From Felis catus (Eukaryota): a stretch of 64,000 nt of DNA. The position numbers and the translations under genes were made by a program. Every line of letters begins with the position of its first letter. The stretch's first letter is position 1. The stretch covers positions 620,001-684,000 of the forward strand of contig NC_058375.1 in the NCBI RefSeq assembly GCF_018350175.1. The letters run 5' to 3'. A model generated the notes under the pieces. The model made no database searches, was not told where the DNA came from, and saw nothing but the letters and a program-made list of their open reading frames with translations. This document shows, piece after piece, positions 48,341 through 60,500 of this stretch.

Positions 48341-51300
48341 CCGGGCCCTTGCTGCCCGCTGCACCCATGACTCGCCTGTGCAGCCCTGGACCTCACGTGC
48401 GCCTGCTCTCACAATGCTCACGGACTGATGGCTCCTCTGGAGCAAACCTTACCCACGGACGCTGGAGAGGAGACCCAACCAGAGCTGCTCTTTGCTCCGT
48501 ACCCTCCCTGCATCGAGGACAGCATGCTTCCCACAAACACTCACACCAGCCGACTGGGGACTCTGTCCCCAGGGACCACTGAAGACACCCCCCCCCCCGC
48601 CCCGCCCCAGGACACAGGCTTCCTACGGACTTGTATGGGAGGGATGTGGCCCCGTAGCTACACCACGGCATGAACGACTCAGGTGACCCTTAACTTTTAC
48701 ACTTAAAACTCACACTGTTAAAAACTGCGTGGCAGGGGCCCCCGGGGGGCTCAGTCGGTTGGGCGTCCAACTCTTGGTTTCGGCTCAGGTCGTGATCTCC
48801 CGGTTTCATGGGTTTGAGCCCCGAGTCAGGCTCCATGCTGACAGTGCGGAGCCGGCTTGGGATTCTCTCCCCCCTGCCCCACGTCTCTCTGACCCTTCTC
48901 TACTTTCTCTCTCTCTCTCTCAAAAATAAATTAAAAAGGTGGGTGGCAGGATCATAGGGCAAACTACTCAGTGTGACCCCAGTAGTGACCACACGTCATT
49001 ACACCTTTGTCCAAATCACAGAGCACAGCAGCGAGTGACCCTTTGTAGACCAGGGAGACCACGCCATGTCCCCGTCCTTCGTCCGCGGCCACAGACGGCC
49101 CCTCGGAGGGGAGGGTGATGGTGGGGGTGGGGGCACAGGGGAATCTCTGCAGCCGCACCTCAGTTTTCTGTGAACTGAAAACTGCCTAAATAATACAGTC
49201 TGATTCTTTTTTCCTTTTGGGAGAGAGAAATGTATGAGCTGGGGAGAGGGGCAGAAAGAGGGGTGAGGGAGAGACAGAGAGAGAGAAGCAGGCTCCACAC
49301 TCAGCGCAGAGCCCAACAGGGGACTCGGTCCCACGACCCTGGGATCACGACCTGAGCCAAAATCAAGAGTCGGATGCTCAACCGACAGAGCCCCCCAGGA
49401 ACCCCAGGGTCTAATTTTTTACACAGCTCTCGAGCACCCTGCCCTCTCGGGTTCCCAGAGTTCTGACTCAGTCACGGCCGGTACAGGGGACGTGGGAAAG
49501 CCGTGCACACCGTGGTGCATGGGTGGTGCGTCTGCGTTGAGGGCACGGCGTCCCACGGGAGGTAGACCCCCCCCTAGCTGGGACTCCGGCTCCTGGTAAA
49601 GCCTCGGCGAACACCCATCCCCACCCGCCTGGAACCGGCTGGGACTCACGTGGCAAAGGAGCTGCAGGGAGCAGAGCGCCCACAGGCCGGCCACGACCCT
49701 CAGCCGGGTGGCAAAGTCCTCAAAGCCGCACTGCATGTCGGCAGAAAGACTTCCCTTTCCTACCAAGTCCCCAACTGAGACACCTGCTCCAAGTTGTGCT
49801 TCGAGGGGCAGAGGCTTCCCTTGAACATTTCAGAGCCCCACAAATAACCTCCAAAACCGCGACCCAGACCAGCAGTATGAGAGGTGTGGCTTCCGATCTC
49901 ATCCGGTTACTGACGGACCGTCACTCACCCTTTCCAGGCGTCTCTGCAAGGGGAGGGGTCGCTCATAACATCCTCTATGAGCTTCATCGCCCGCCCAGGT
50001 CACACGCATGGCTCATGAGCAGGACGCCGCTGCTTTGTGCATAGCATTTCGGTCACACCGGCCCCCAAGACTCTCCACTGCACATCTGCACTATCAACTT
50101 AATTTCTGCCATCTCGGCCCTGAAAGCCCAACAGTCCGAGAGTGACTTCTGAGAGGCTGTATAAAACAACTAAGGCCAAAAAGCTCCCTCAAGTTAAAAA
50201 TCAAACAAATCTTATTTAATCTCTTCACCGTTCACACAATCCTCTTGGCCAATCATGTATCTGAAACAAAAAGTCGTTGGGATCACTTTCAACGGCAAAG
50301 CTGGACCTGAGGGGCCTTGCTCCCCACTAAGCTGGCTGGTAGTGCTCGGCCGCCCTCAGAGGTCGGGACGTGCTCTGTCCAGCGCCCCGGGTGCAGTGGC
50401 ACGTCCCAGCCACACAGGAATCCGAGCTGGGCCGTGGAACCGGCTCAGCCCCGTGGGAGGAGCTGTCAGGCCTCGGGTCAGGTGGAGGGGGGTGCGCTCC
50501 CCCAACATGGTCACCGTTTGGCTGCGGGCCTCGGGACAAGCAAGGGCGGCTCGAATACCGCTGCCCAGGTCAAAGCCCCCTCACCGCTGACTCAGGTGGG
50601 CACGGCCCGCGGCCCCTCTGGCCCTCAGACTCGGCTGTGCCCAGCCGAAGCCACCACAGTGCGTCCTGGGTGCCAACCGTGACTCAGCTTCCTGCTGGGT
50701 CACCTGCAAGGTGGGATGCTGACCCTTCCCCAGCACACAGGCTGTGGGTGTCAGATGGGAGTCAAGGACACCTGACCAATCTGAGCCACTGCCTAGTAAG
50801 CCAAAGGCAATCAGTTGTTGGCAATTCCACACGTTTCAACATAAGAGAAGACGCACACACGTTCACGGTGAAATTTTAGACAATAAAACAGGAAGTGAAA
50901 TTTCTTTGTAATCCAGCCCTCTGTGCTATCTTGTTTTCACACATTAGGAAAGACGTTAGGTTAGGACACGCGGAGACCCGCCCCAGCCAGGTTCCACACC
51001 GGAGAGGGGCAGGTACAGGTGGAGAAAAGGAGCCCTGTCCCCCAGAAGTGGCAGTCCCACCAGACTGTGCTGAGCACACAGGCTAGAAAGGGCCGAGAAG
51101 GCTGCTCACTCCTCAAACCCAACCTGCAGCCCCAGGGGCACTTCTGGGGTATCTGCCCCTCTGCTTGGAGTCCCCCACTGAACCACCCATCTGACCTGCC
51201 TGAGGCCCACAAGGCCCGCACACACCTCCCTCTGTGGGGGGGACTGTGGCTCAGCTGGAGTAAATGACAGCTAATCAAGGCTGCACGGTGAGAGGCCGCT

Positions 51301-54300
51301 CGTGGTGGCACTTAGGCCGAAGTGAGTGACAAGGAGAGAGAACAGTTCTTCCAAGACCAGGAAGTGCAGGGAGGGGCCCTCAGGCAGCTGGTGAAAGGCC
51401 AAGATGGGGCCAGGCTGGGCAGAGCACACAGGAAGGCCTGGGGAATGGGAGAGGCGGGGCTGGAGCAGCAGCAGGCAGCTGGGGCTCTGGGTTTGGGGGC
51501 GCCTGGGTGGGCCCCCTGCCCACGGGGCTGCTGCACGGAGTGGGCTGCGGGGTACCAGAGGGGCCGCAGCAGATGGGCAGAGGTCTGCGTCCTGAGCCTG
51601 GCTGCAGACAGCACCTGGATGGAGCAGAGACACTGAGGCCTCACTCCAGCGCCCAGGCTTGGCCCCCAGAGTCTGTAAGAGGCAGGGCCGCCACATCAGT
51701 GGGTTTCATGGGTCACAAGATGTCCCAGTTTGCACAGCAATTCCCTGGGCAGCCTGGAGGTGGCAGTATCGGTGCCGTCCTGGTCCCCTGTGCTGACCGC
51801 CCGGAACCAGTTCAGAAGGGCTGTGACCTGAAACCTGGGGTCCCCACTGCTGGGGCTGTGTCACAGACAGCAAAGACCCCCAGACCAGCCAGTCGTGGAA
51901 GCACACCTGGGCCCACGGGCCTCACCCCTGTGTAAAATGTGGGATCCCCACAGCTTGCCCTGAAGGAGGGGGTCCCGTTGGGGGCTCCTCAAGAGGCCTG
52001 GACTGCAGGGAGGCTGGGAAGCTCGTCACAAGGTGCAAGGCACAAGGGTCAGGGTGGGATGGAATTCTGACTGTTTAACAGAAAGCACTAACATCAGTAA
52101 GTGTATGTTTTTCATGAGATATGAACCAGACCCAGACCATCTCACAGAGCCCTGCACAAAACTCTCGCCCCTCTGGAACCCCCCAAGTACTAGATGGGAG
52201 AAGCTGGAGACTCACTGAGAGTCCAGACAAATAACCTCGATTGCTTGGTTTTTACAGTGTCTCATCTGGGCACCTCGTGGCCACCGCAGAGGCACTGGGA
52301 GTCCTGGCCACACGCCCCCACCCAGAGCGCCAGGAACAGCCGCACCCGTACTGTCTCTCAAAAGCGAACACAGGCTTTTGAAAAATCCAACTGATGTCTC
52401 TGTATTTTAAAAATAATTAGGGGTGCCTGGGTGGCTCAGTTGGTTGAGCATCTGACTCGATTTTGGCTCCGGTCTCAGAGTCGCGCTCCGTGTTGGGCGT
52501 GGAGCCTACTGAAGATTCTCTCTCTCTCCCTCTGCCCCTCCCCCACTCACACGTGCACTGTCTCTCTCTCAAAAAAAAAAGGATAATTCAAGGAGAAGCA
52601 CGTCTGACCCAGCCAGTGTAGCGTGTGAAATATACCGGATTCCTCCCAGACTTTTTACTATAGAAAACAAACCAGTAACCCTAAAGATCACAGTCGAAGC
52701 CCACCCGGCCTGCGGTGCCTGAGAAGCAGAGCCTGGCCGGACCCCCGTCCGCTGTCTGCAGGGCAGTGGGGCCCCTCGTCCGTCGGAGCCGGTGGAGATG
52801 CCCTGTGGCTCCTGCTGACTCATCTCACTCCCCGTGTCAGGACACCCCACGGCGTGGCGATCCCGCGACAGCACGAGCTCCCAAGGAGCAACCCCAGCAC
52901 TCACATGATGGTCTGAGGGTTCTGCAGCACGCAGGCCTTTGGTCCAAACGTGGTCACCGGGCACGGCCCGTGCAGAGAGCGTGTCCTCCTGTGTGGAGAG
53001 GGGACACGGCAGGTGAGCAGACCTAGGTACAGATATCAGACCCTCGGAAAGATGTGTGCTCCATCCCTTGCCCGGCGTCCACGCGACGGACCCTGGGGGT
53101 GCGCAGTGCTGCCTCTGAGCCTCGCACAACTCTCTGCGCAGCATCAGCAATCAGAGATGCTTGGGGCGCACCCGGAGTGCTCCTTAGGAAAAGGACCCCA
53201 AACCAGCGCAGGTGCCCAGGCCCCACCCCAGAAAAAGGCAAGGCGACCTCCGGGGACAGGTCTGGAAATCTGAACTGGAGCAGTCTCTCTCACCGACTCT
53301 GTCTGAGGACCAGTCCTCGGGTGCATACCTGGGAATCAAGCCCTGAGAGGCCCTCCCTGAATTATCTAGATTAAAATGATCTGGATTAACAATCTAGATT
53401 AAAACTCGAGGGAGTGAGGAGGACACCCCCATGGTGACAGCGCATGGAGTGGGCTATGAGAACCTCGGGGAAACACAGGTCACGGTGGGTCTTACTCAGC
53501 GAGTGTTTAATTTAAGTTCGCTGCTCAAGAACCGGGATGACTGGGCACATTCCTCTCTCCTTCCTCCGCCAATACCCACAGGCAGAGGCTACCCTTGACC
53601 TCTGTCACCATGCCAGGGTCTGCGGTCTCTGAACGAGAAAGGGTGTGGACTGAACCCCACAAAACCAACAACCAAAAGCAGTCCTGCCGGGAACACGAAA
53701 TCCCTGCGCTGCGTGCGGTGGCCGGGAAGCAGACCGACGGAAAACTCAGGCCAAGGCCAAGGCCAAGGCCACGGTGCTGTGGCCGCCTCTCCCACACGTG
53801 TGGGTTACAGCTGTCCACACAGAAGACCGTACCAGCACTGTGCGCCATCCAAGAGAAGGGTGCTTCGGGTTCGTCCCCCTCTCCTGAGAGAACTACCTGC
53901 TTTTTACCAAAATCTCCCCTGGCATTTGATAGATGTGACCCTTGCTTGCTTCTACCTGAAACTTACCACACTTATTGTTCCAGAAGCCAGGGCGACACCC
54001 ACAGGCGCATCGCAATGCCGCCCGGCAGGCCGCTCCACGCGAAGCTCTGAGCGCTCTGTGCGACGACACGCACGGCAGGCTCGCGGGGGGAGGGCACCCC
54101 GCGGCCACGCTCAGCCCTCCACCAGCCCTGCTGACGCCTTGGGGCAGTGCCCACACCCCCAAACACCCAGAGTTAGTGCGGGCACTGGCTGTTAAGGCAG
54201 AAAAGGACAGTCACGCTGTGCTGGTGCCATCTGGGGAGCCGCGCCAGGTGGGCGTCCGTCCCCTGCTCTTGGGACCCAGCCCCACCCCTCCTGCCGCCCA

Positions 54301-54602
54301 CACGTACCAGTCAGCATCCACCGCCCCATCCGCATCCATCCACTCCTGAAAAGAACCTCGGTCATGGCTTTAGGAAGTCAGAGTGTGCAGGTGAGGACGG
54401 GGGCCGGAGGGGGACCTTCGTACCTGAACTCTTTGGTGCTCGCCAGGGCGGGCGAGGCCGACAGGCTGCGGGACTTGGCCCGTCCCCGGGTGGGATGGCC
54501 GGGCCCCCAGGCCTCGTCCCCATGGCATGCGGAGCAGCGGTAAGAGGCCGAGTCTGTGCCAGGCGCCTTGCTCACGCTGACTTTCTCTTGTTCCGTTTCC
54601 AT
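43554..54602 (-). CDS. NADK: NAD kinase (cytosolic), about 463 aa, 11 coding exons
   Basis: Exons 54424-54602, 52905-52988, 47985-48114, 47122-47230, 46878-46963, 45975-46077, 45481-45635, 45157-45256, 44921-45078 (mostly in gap), 44133-44215 and 43554-43758 sum to 1392 nt. Contains the GGDGT motif, the NE motif ([10 protein letters not shown]), [11 protein letters not shown] (S44/S46/S48) and a poly-Glu C-terminus. Confidence 0.97.
44133..44215 (-). CDS. NADK: NADK exon 11 (83 nt)
   Basis: Encodes [28 protein letters not shown]. Confidence 0.96.
44921..45078 (-). CDS. NADK: NADK exon 10 (mostly within the N gap 44948-45079)
   Basis: Visible 3' end VVPAGVELK|GTCAG; acceptor CCACCA[G] abuts the gap; the gap length fits a 158-nt exon. 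Confidence 0.85.
45157..45256 (-). CDS. NADK: NADK exon 9 (100 nt)
   Basis: Encodes [33 protein letters not shown]. Confidence 0.96.
45481..45635 (-). CDS. NADK: NADK exon 8 (155 nt)
   Basis: Encodes [18 protein letters not shown]...GKQAMQYQ. Confidence 0.95.
45975..46077 (-). CDS. NADK: NADK exon 7 (103 nt)
   Basis: Encodes [34 protein letters not shown]. Confidence 0.96.
46878..46963 (-). CDS. NADK: NADK exon 6 (86 nt)
   Basis: Encodes [28 protein letters not shown]. Confidence 0.96.
47122..47230 (-). CDS. NADK: NADK exon 5 (109 nt; NAGNAG acceptor)
   Basis: Encodes [36 protein letters not shown]. Confidence 0.93.
47985..48114 (-). CDS. NADK: NADK exon 4 (130 nt), GC donor
   Basis: Encodes [24 protein letters not shown]...YLME; donor GCAAGT. 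Confidence 0.93.
48304..48339 (+). repeat. C36 homopolymer (G36 on the NADK sense strand)
   Basis: Read directly from the sequence. Confidence 0.85.
52905..52988 (-). CDS. NADK: NADK exon 3 (84 nt)
   Basis: Encodes [28 protein letters not shown]. Confidence 0.95.
54424..54602 (-). CDS. NADK: NADK first coding exon (exon 2; acceptor at 54642)
   Basis: Encodes [10 protein letters not shown]...[20 protein letters not shown]. Confidence 0.95.
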
Positions 54603-55139
54603 GGTGGGTAAATGAGGCCTTGGATCAGAAGAACACTGATGCCTTGATAAAACAAATAAAGTGAGTAAGCACATATGCACAAAACAACATATACACACAC
54701 GCATGCACCCATTATGCATGCATAATGCAAAATGGCTCGAGTCCTATTTGCCAAAGGACTTGAGATAGTCTCTTTCTATCCCATTCTACCCTAAGGATAT
54801 TTAAGAATTCAGGAACCTGCCTGTGGTTTTTAGTGAATCTAAAGGTCAAAGAACAAGAAAGAACTATCTGCTGGGGCCGTGCCAGGTTTCTCCCACAGAC
54901 AAGAAGGGCCAACTGGGAGGAGAGGTCCCAGGCAGGGGAGATGGCGCGTTACCGAGGGAGAAACCAGTAATTGAGGGTGTCCAGTGTTACACGCCCCTCA
55001 GTGCGGGACAGGCACATGGACACACTCAGGGAGCCCAGTGAGAAAGACACACACTGGGCCCTGGGCCCCGCGAACAAGCCTGAAATTTCAATCCAGCACC
55101 AATAAAACATTTGTCAAAACTGACCTATTTTAGTTTTTT

Positions 55140-57580
55140 TTAATAGCTTTTTTAAACATTTATTTATTACTTTTAAGAGAGAGAATGCGAGCAGGGGGAG
55201 AGACAGAGAGAGAGAGGGAGAGAGAGAACCCCAAGCAGGCCCACGAAGTGTGAGATCATGACCTGAGCCCAAGTCAGACGCTTAACTGACTGAGCCCCCC
55301 AAGCACCCGTGACCTATTTTAGTCTTTTTTTTTTTAATTTTTTTTTTTTAACATTTATTTGTTTTTGAGACAGAGAGAGACAGAGCATGAACGGGGGAGG
55401 GCCAGAGAGAGAGGGAGACACAGAATCCGAAGCAGCACCAGGCTCTGAGCTGTCAGCACAGAGCCCGACGCGGGGCTAGAACTCACGGACCTCGAGATCA
55501 TGACCTGAGCCCAAGTCGGATGCTTTACCGACTGAGCCACCCAGGCGCCCCCTGACCTATTTTAGTCTTAAAGAAAACTCAATTTCCAAACTCTAGTGAA
55601 GGTAGAGAAGCTTATCTTCCGACAACAGTACAATAAAATCAGGAAAAGACAAAAAAGTAGGAACAAAGGAAACAATCCCGCAACACTCGGGAACGCGTGA
55701 GTTTCCTCCTAGCCGACTCACGGTTCAAAACGAGCATCAAGCCAACATCACAACATATCGCAGCGGCAAGAATAATGTAAACACGAGCCAAAGTCTAGGC
55801 TGCTCCAGTGAGCTGTGCTGAAGTGTCTGAGAATGAAGGGTAGTGAGCTGGGATTTAACCCTGTCAAGCTAGGAAAGGAATAAGAGAAGCCTAAGAAAGG
55901 TAGAAGAGGTGACCAAGTCGAGGCGGAAATGAGCACGCAGGACAATCTGCAGAAGAGCAGAGTTGGGGGAAAGGACGATGCCGGGGGCAGCGCAGCCCAA
56001 GGGGCTACACGGGCAGTGGTCTACGCAGACCGTGGCCAGCCCCCCTCAGGGCGAGGGCGACGGGGCCCCTGCGGGGAGAGCAGGCGGGATGAGTTCCTTG
56101 AGAAGGGAGACCCCTGAAGGGGACACCCCGGGGGGAACCCAGCAGGGGAACCAGCCGCACAACCCGCTTCACAGGGAGCGGGAGTGAGATGACAACACAC
56201 ACGACAAAGCCACGCGTTCCACAGAAGGGTCGAGGACAGCAGAGGCTGGCCCCCTGGGGCAGCTCAGAGCCCGCGGACAGGAGGGGCCTCAGAGGTGACG
56301 GTGTCCCTGCACTCCCACCCTGGCCGTACCTTCCAACCCCCTGAGGAGCTTCGGAAAATAATCCCTACACCCAACCCAGGCCAAAGGCACCAGTAGTGTG
56401 TTGCAATTTTTTTTAAGTAGGCCTCATGCTGGGCATGGAGCCCAGCTTGGGGCTTGAACTCACGACCCTGAGAGCAAGACCTGAGCTTAGATCAAGGGTC
56501 AGACGCTTAACCTAGGTGTCCCAAGAGGCACCAGCAGTTTTTTGGTTTTTTTTCAATGTTTATTCATCCTGACACAGAGCATGCGTAGGGGGCAGGGCAG
56601 AGGAAGAGAGCAAGAGAATCCCAAGTAGGCTCCACGCTGTCGGCGCACAGCCTGACGTGGGGGCTCCAACGCACGGCCCTGGGATCGTGACCTGAGCCGA
56701 AATCGAGAACTGGATGCTTAATGGACTGAGTCACGCAGGTGCCCTGGCATCAGCTCCACAAGTGATTCTAAATTTTAGCTGGAGTTGACAACACTACCCT
56801 AGTAGATTAATATCCTCCTAGCTTGAGAAACACTGATGTTTTATCCAAATATATGAAAAAAAAATTTTTTAATTGTTTTTTCAATGTTTATTTATTAAAA
56901 AAAATTTTTTTTTCAACGTTTATTTTTATTTTTGGGACAGAGAGAGACAGAGCATGAACGGGGGAGGGGCAGAGAGAGAGGGAGACACAGAATCAGAAAC
57001 AGGCTCCAGGCTCTGAGCCATCAGCCCAGAGCCCGATGCGGGGCTCGAACTCCCGGACCGCGAGATCGTGACCTGGCTGAAGTCGGACGCTTAACCGACT
57101 GCGCCACCCAGGCGCCCCAATGTTTATTTATTTTTGAGAGACAGAGAGAGATGGCGGGTGAGTAGGGAAGGGGCAGAGAGAGAGGGAGACACAGAATTCA
57201 AAGCAGGCTCCAGGCTCTGAGCTGTCGGCGCAGAGCCCGATGCAGGGCTCGAACCCACGAACCGTGAGATCATGACCTGGGCCGAAGTCGGACGCCCGAC
57301 CAACTGAGCCACCCAGGCGCCCTGAAAAAATCTTTAATAAAAACCAAAACGTACAAAAACATGTCTGGTATAACCACTCCTATTTGATACTGTACTGGAG
57401 GCCACAGTCAGTGTAATATGGCAGGAAAACAAAGCACAAGGCATAAAGAAAAAAAAGAAACAAGTAAAACTCTACCGTCAGGGGTGTCTGGCTGGCTCAG
57501 TCGGCGGAGTGTGTGACTCTTGATCTCGGGGTCGTAAGTTTAAGCCCCACACTGGGTGCAGGGACTACTTTAAAAAAACC
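55140..57580 (-). mobile_element. Cluster of Can-SINEs in NADK intron 1, including a nested pair (56870-57322)
   Basis: SINEC_Fc bodies, poly-T ends, and TSD-like CAATGTTTATTTATT repeats. Confidence 0.85.
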
Positions 57581-60500
57581 TGTACTGTCAGATGACATGA
57601 TCTTCTATGTAGAAAATCGTAAGGAATCTACAAAAAAAGTGACTACATCTAATAACTGAGTTTATTAGCAAGGTTACAGAAGAAAAAAAATCAATATACA
57701 AATGTCAACCATACTTCTGTGTACTAGCAACAAACAATAAGAAATCTAAATTTAAAAACACCGTTTACGATAGCATTGAAATACAAGATATGGAGGGATA
57801 TGATCGACAAAAAAGGTACAAAACCTAATTTGAGTTCTAGGTCATGAGATGTAACATACAGCAAGGAGACTTTTAGCTAATAATAAGAGCGGACGTTTGA
57901 ACGTTGCTAAGAGAAAAGAGCTTACGAGCTGCCATCATAAGGAAACAATCTGGAACTCCGTGTGGTGAGGGATGCTAACTAGACTCGCTGTAGTGGTCAC
58001 TGCGCCACATACAGATACCGAATCGTTACGTTGTACACCTGAAACTAGTTGGTTACATGCCACTTACACCTCGATAACAGTAAAAGGTGCAAACCCTGTG
58101 CGCTGAAAATTACAAAACGCTGCTGACAGAAGTGAAGGAAGCACGTAACTGGAGAGACGCGCCCTGTTCCCAGACTGGAGAAGTTGAAGGTCTCCCCAAA
58201 CCGGTACATAGACTCTTCTCAATTCCCACACACAAAAACCCAGCAGACTTTTCCAAAGAAAATGGCAAACTGATTCCGAAACTCAAATGCAAATGTGGAG
58301 GACCTGGGATAACGAGAAGACTGGAAAAGCACACCACCCGACTTCGCGGTCGGTACCGTAACCAGACCGCGTGGTACCGACACAGACACAGACTGAAGGA
58401 ACAGAAGAGGGTCCACAATGACGCCCTCACACGGATACAATCAATGGATTTTCTTTTCTCTTTTCAAAAATGTGCTTACTTATTTGTAATCAAGTGATCT
58501 CTACACCCGACACGGGGCTGCAGCTCACCACCTTGAGGTCAAGAGTCGCCTGCTCCACTGGCTGAACCACAATCGATGGATGTTCGACAGAAGGGTCGAG
58601 GTGATTCGACGGAGAGATCGTTTCTTCAAATAGTTCTAGAAAAACTTGGTAGCCACGTCTAAGAGAATAACGTTAAGTTCTTTCCTCACACTACATACAG
58701 GCGTAAGTCATTTCACAGGACTTGGCTTTATCGTGCTTTGCACACACCGCGTTTCTTACGAGCTGAGGGTCTGCGGTGACCCCGTGGCGAGCAAGTCTCC
58801 CGGCACCACTTTCCACCAGCACTGGCTTACCTCGTGTCTCTGAGCCACATTTTGGTAATTCTCGCATGTTTCAAACCTTTTCTCTATTACCGTACTTGTC
58901 ATGGTGCTCAGTGATCTCTGAGATTACAATTAGAAGTCTCTTGGGGCACCGCGACCCTGCGCCCACCTAAGACAGCAAACTGGAGAGGTAAGTGGTATGC
59001 GTGTCCTGAAAGCTCCACTGCCTGGCTGGCTCCCCGTCTCTCCCCCTCTCCTCAGGCCTCCCTGCCCTGAGACACAACAATGTTGTCAATGGGCCAATCA
59101 ATAACCCCACAATCACCTCTAGGTGTCCAAGTGAAAGAAGCCAAACGTCTGTTTGTTTTAAGTAGGCTCCGCCCAGAGTGGGGCCTGAACTCACAACTCT
59201 GAGATCAAGGGTCACTTTAAATCGAAGCTGGAAATGACCAAGCTCGTGAGAAGGCACATCGAAAACCGAGACAGGCTGACAGCTAGGCCTCTGGCCCCAA
59301 ACAGTGGAGCCGTGGCCACAAAGGAAGAGATCCCCGAAGGGCATTAAAAGCGCGCTCCAGTGAACGAACACACAGAGACGAGAAAGCAAAACGGCCTTTT
59401 TGCAGCCCAAACCAGCCACAACACACCCTCAAACCGCAGTCCGATCCACAGCAAGGCCCCGACTCTCCTCAAGTCTGTGGGGGCTGAGGGAGGCAAGGAA
59501 GCTGCAGAGGGTGAGCTGGGAGGCAGCGGGGGTTGGTTCATGAGGGTTGAGGAGAGAAGCTGCCTCCCTCACGTGAGCCTGCAGGTGAAGGGCGGCAGGT
59601 GCCACTGCAGAAGCTGGGGCGAGTTCTCCAGATCGGGCTGAGGTCATTAATCGGGCTGCTGTGCCAAGCTACAAACTGTCGATGTCGGTGCAGCAGCCTT
59701 ATTTAGGAGATGCCACCGAGGACTGTCATAGGTGGAGAGGAGAAGTCAGTGCCTGGCTTCAAAGCTTCAAAGGACAGGCTGACTCTCTCACCAGTGTAAC
59801 ACAGCTGGTGACTTTTGGTTGAAGTCAATGCTCAGTGGCCATGGAGAAAATCCTTGGGCCCTAAAGAATTATGCTAAATCTACCCTGCCTCCACTCTAGA
59901 AAAGAAACAACAAAGCCGGATGACAGTCATCTGCTTACAACATGGTTGACTACATATGTTAAGCCCACTGTCGAGATCTACTGTTCAGGAAAAAAAAGAC
60001 TCCTTTCAAAATATTACTGCTGACAGGGGCGCCTGGGTGGCTCGGTCGGTTAAGCATCTGACTTTGGCTGAGGTCATGATCTCGCTCGCGGTTCACGGGT
60101 TCGAGCCCCACATCGGGCTCTGTGCTGACAGCTCGGAGCCTGGAGCCTGCTTTGGATTCTGTGTCTCCTTCTCTCTCGTGCTCTGTGTGTGATTAAAAAA
60201 AATAATTAAAAAAAAAATTACTGCTGAGAGTGCACCTGCTCACCCCAGAGCTTTGAGGGAGACGTACAGCAAGGTTAAGGGTGTTTCCATGCCTGCTAAC
60301 ACCACAGCCATCCTGCAGCCCCTGGATTAAGGCATAATTTCAACTTTCAAGCCTTATTATTACAGAAACGCATTTCACAAGGCTCTAGCTGCCGCGGATA
60401 GTGATTCCTCTAACGGATGTGGGCAAAGTCAACTGAAAACTTTCTGGAAAGGGTTCACCAGTTCACCATCCCACATGCCATTAACACTTGTGATTCATGG

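Noticed and set aside
49419-49902. ORFs in NADK intron 3 ([14 protein letters not shown]..., MRSEATPL...) as alternative exons
   Set aside because: No good phase-2 donor in those frames; the 49929-49987 candidate fits much better.
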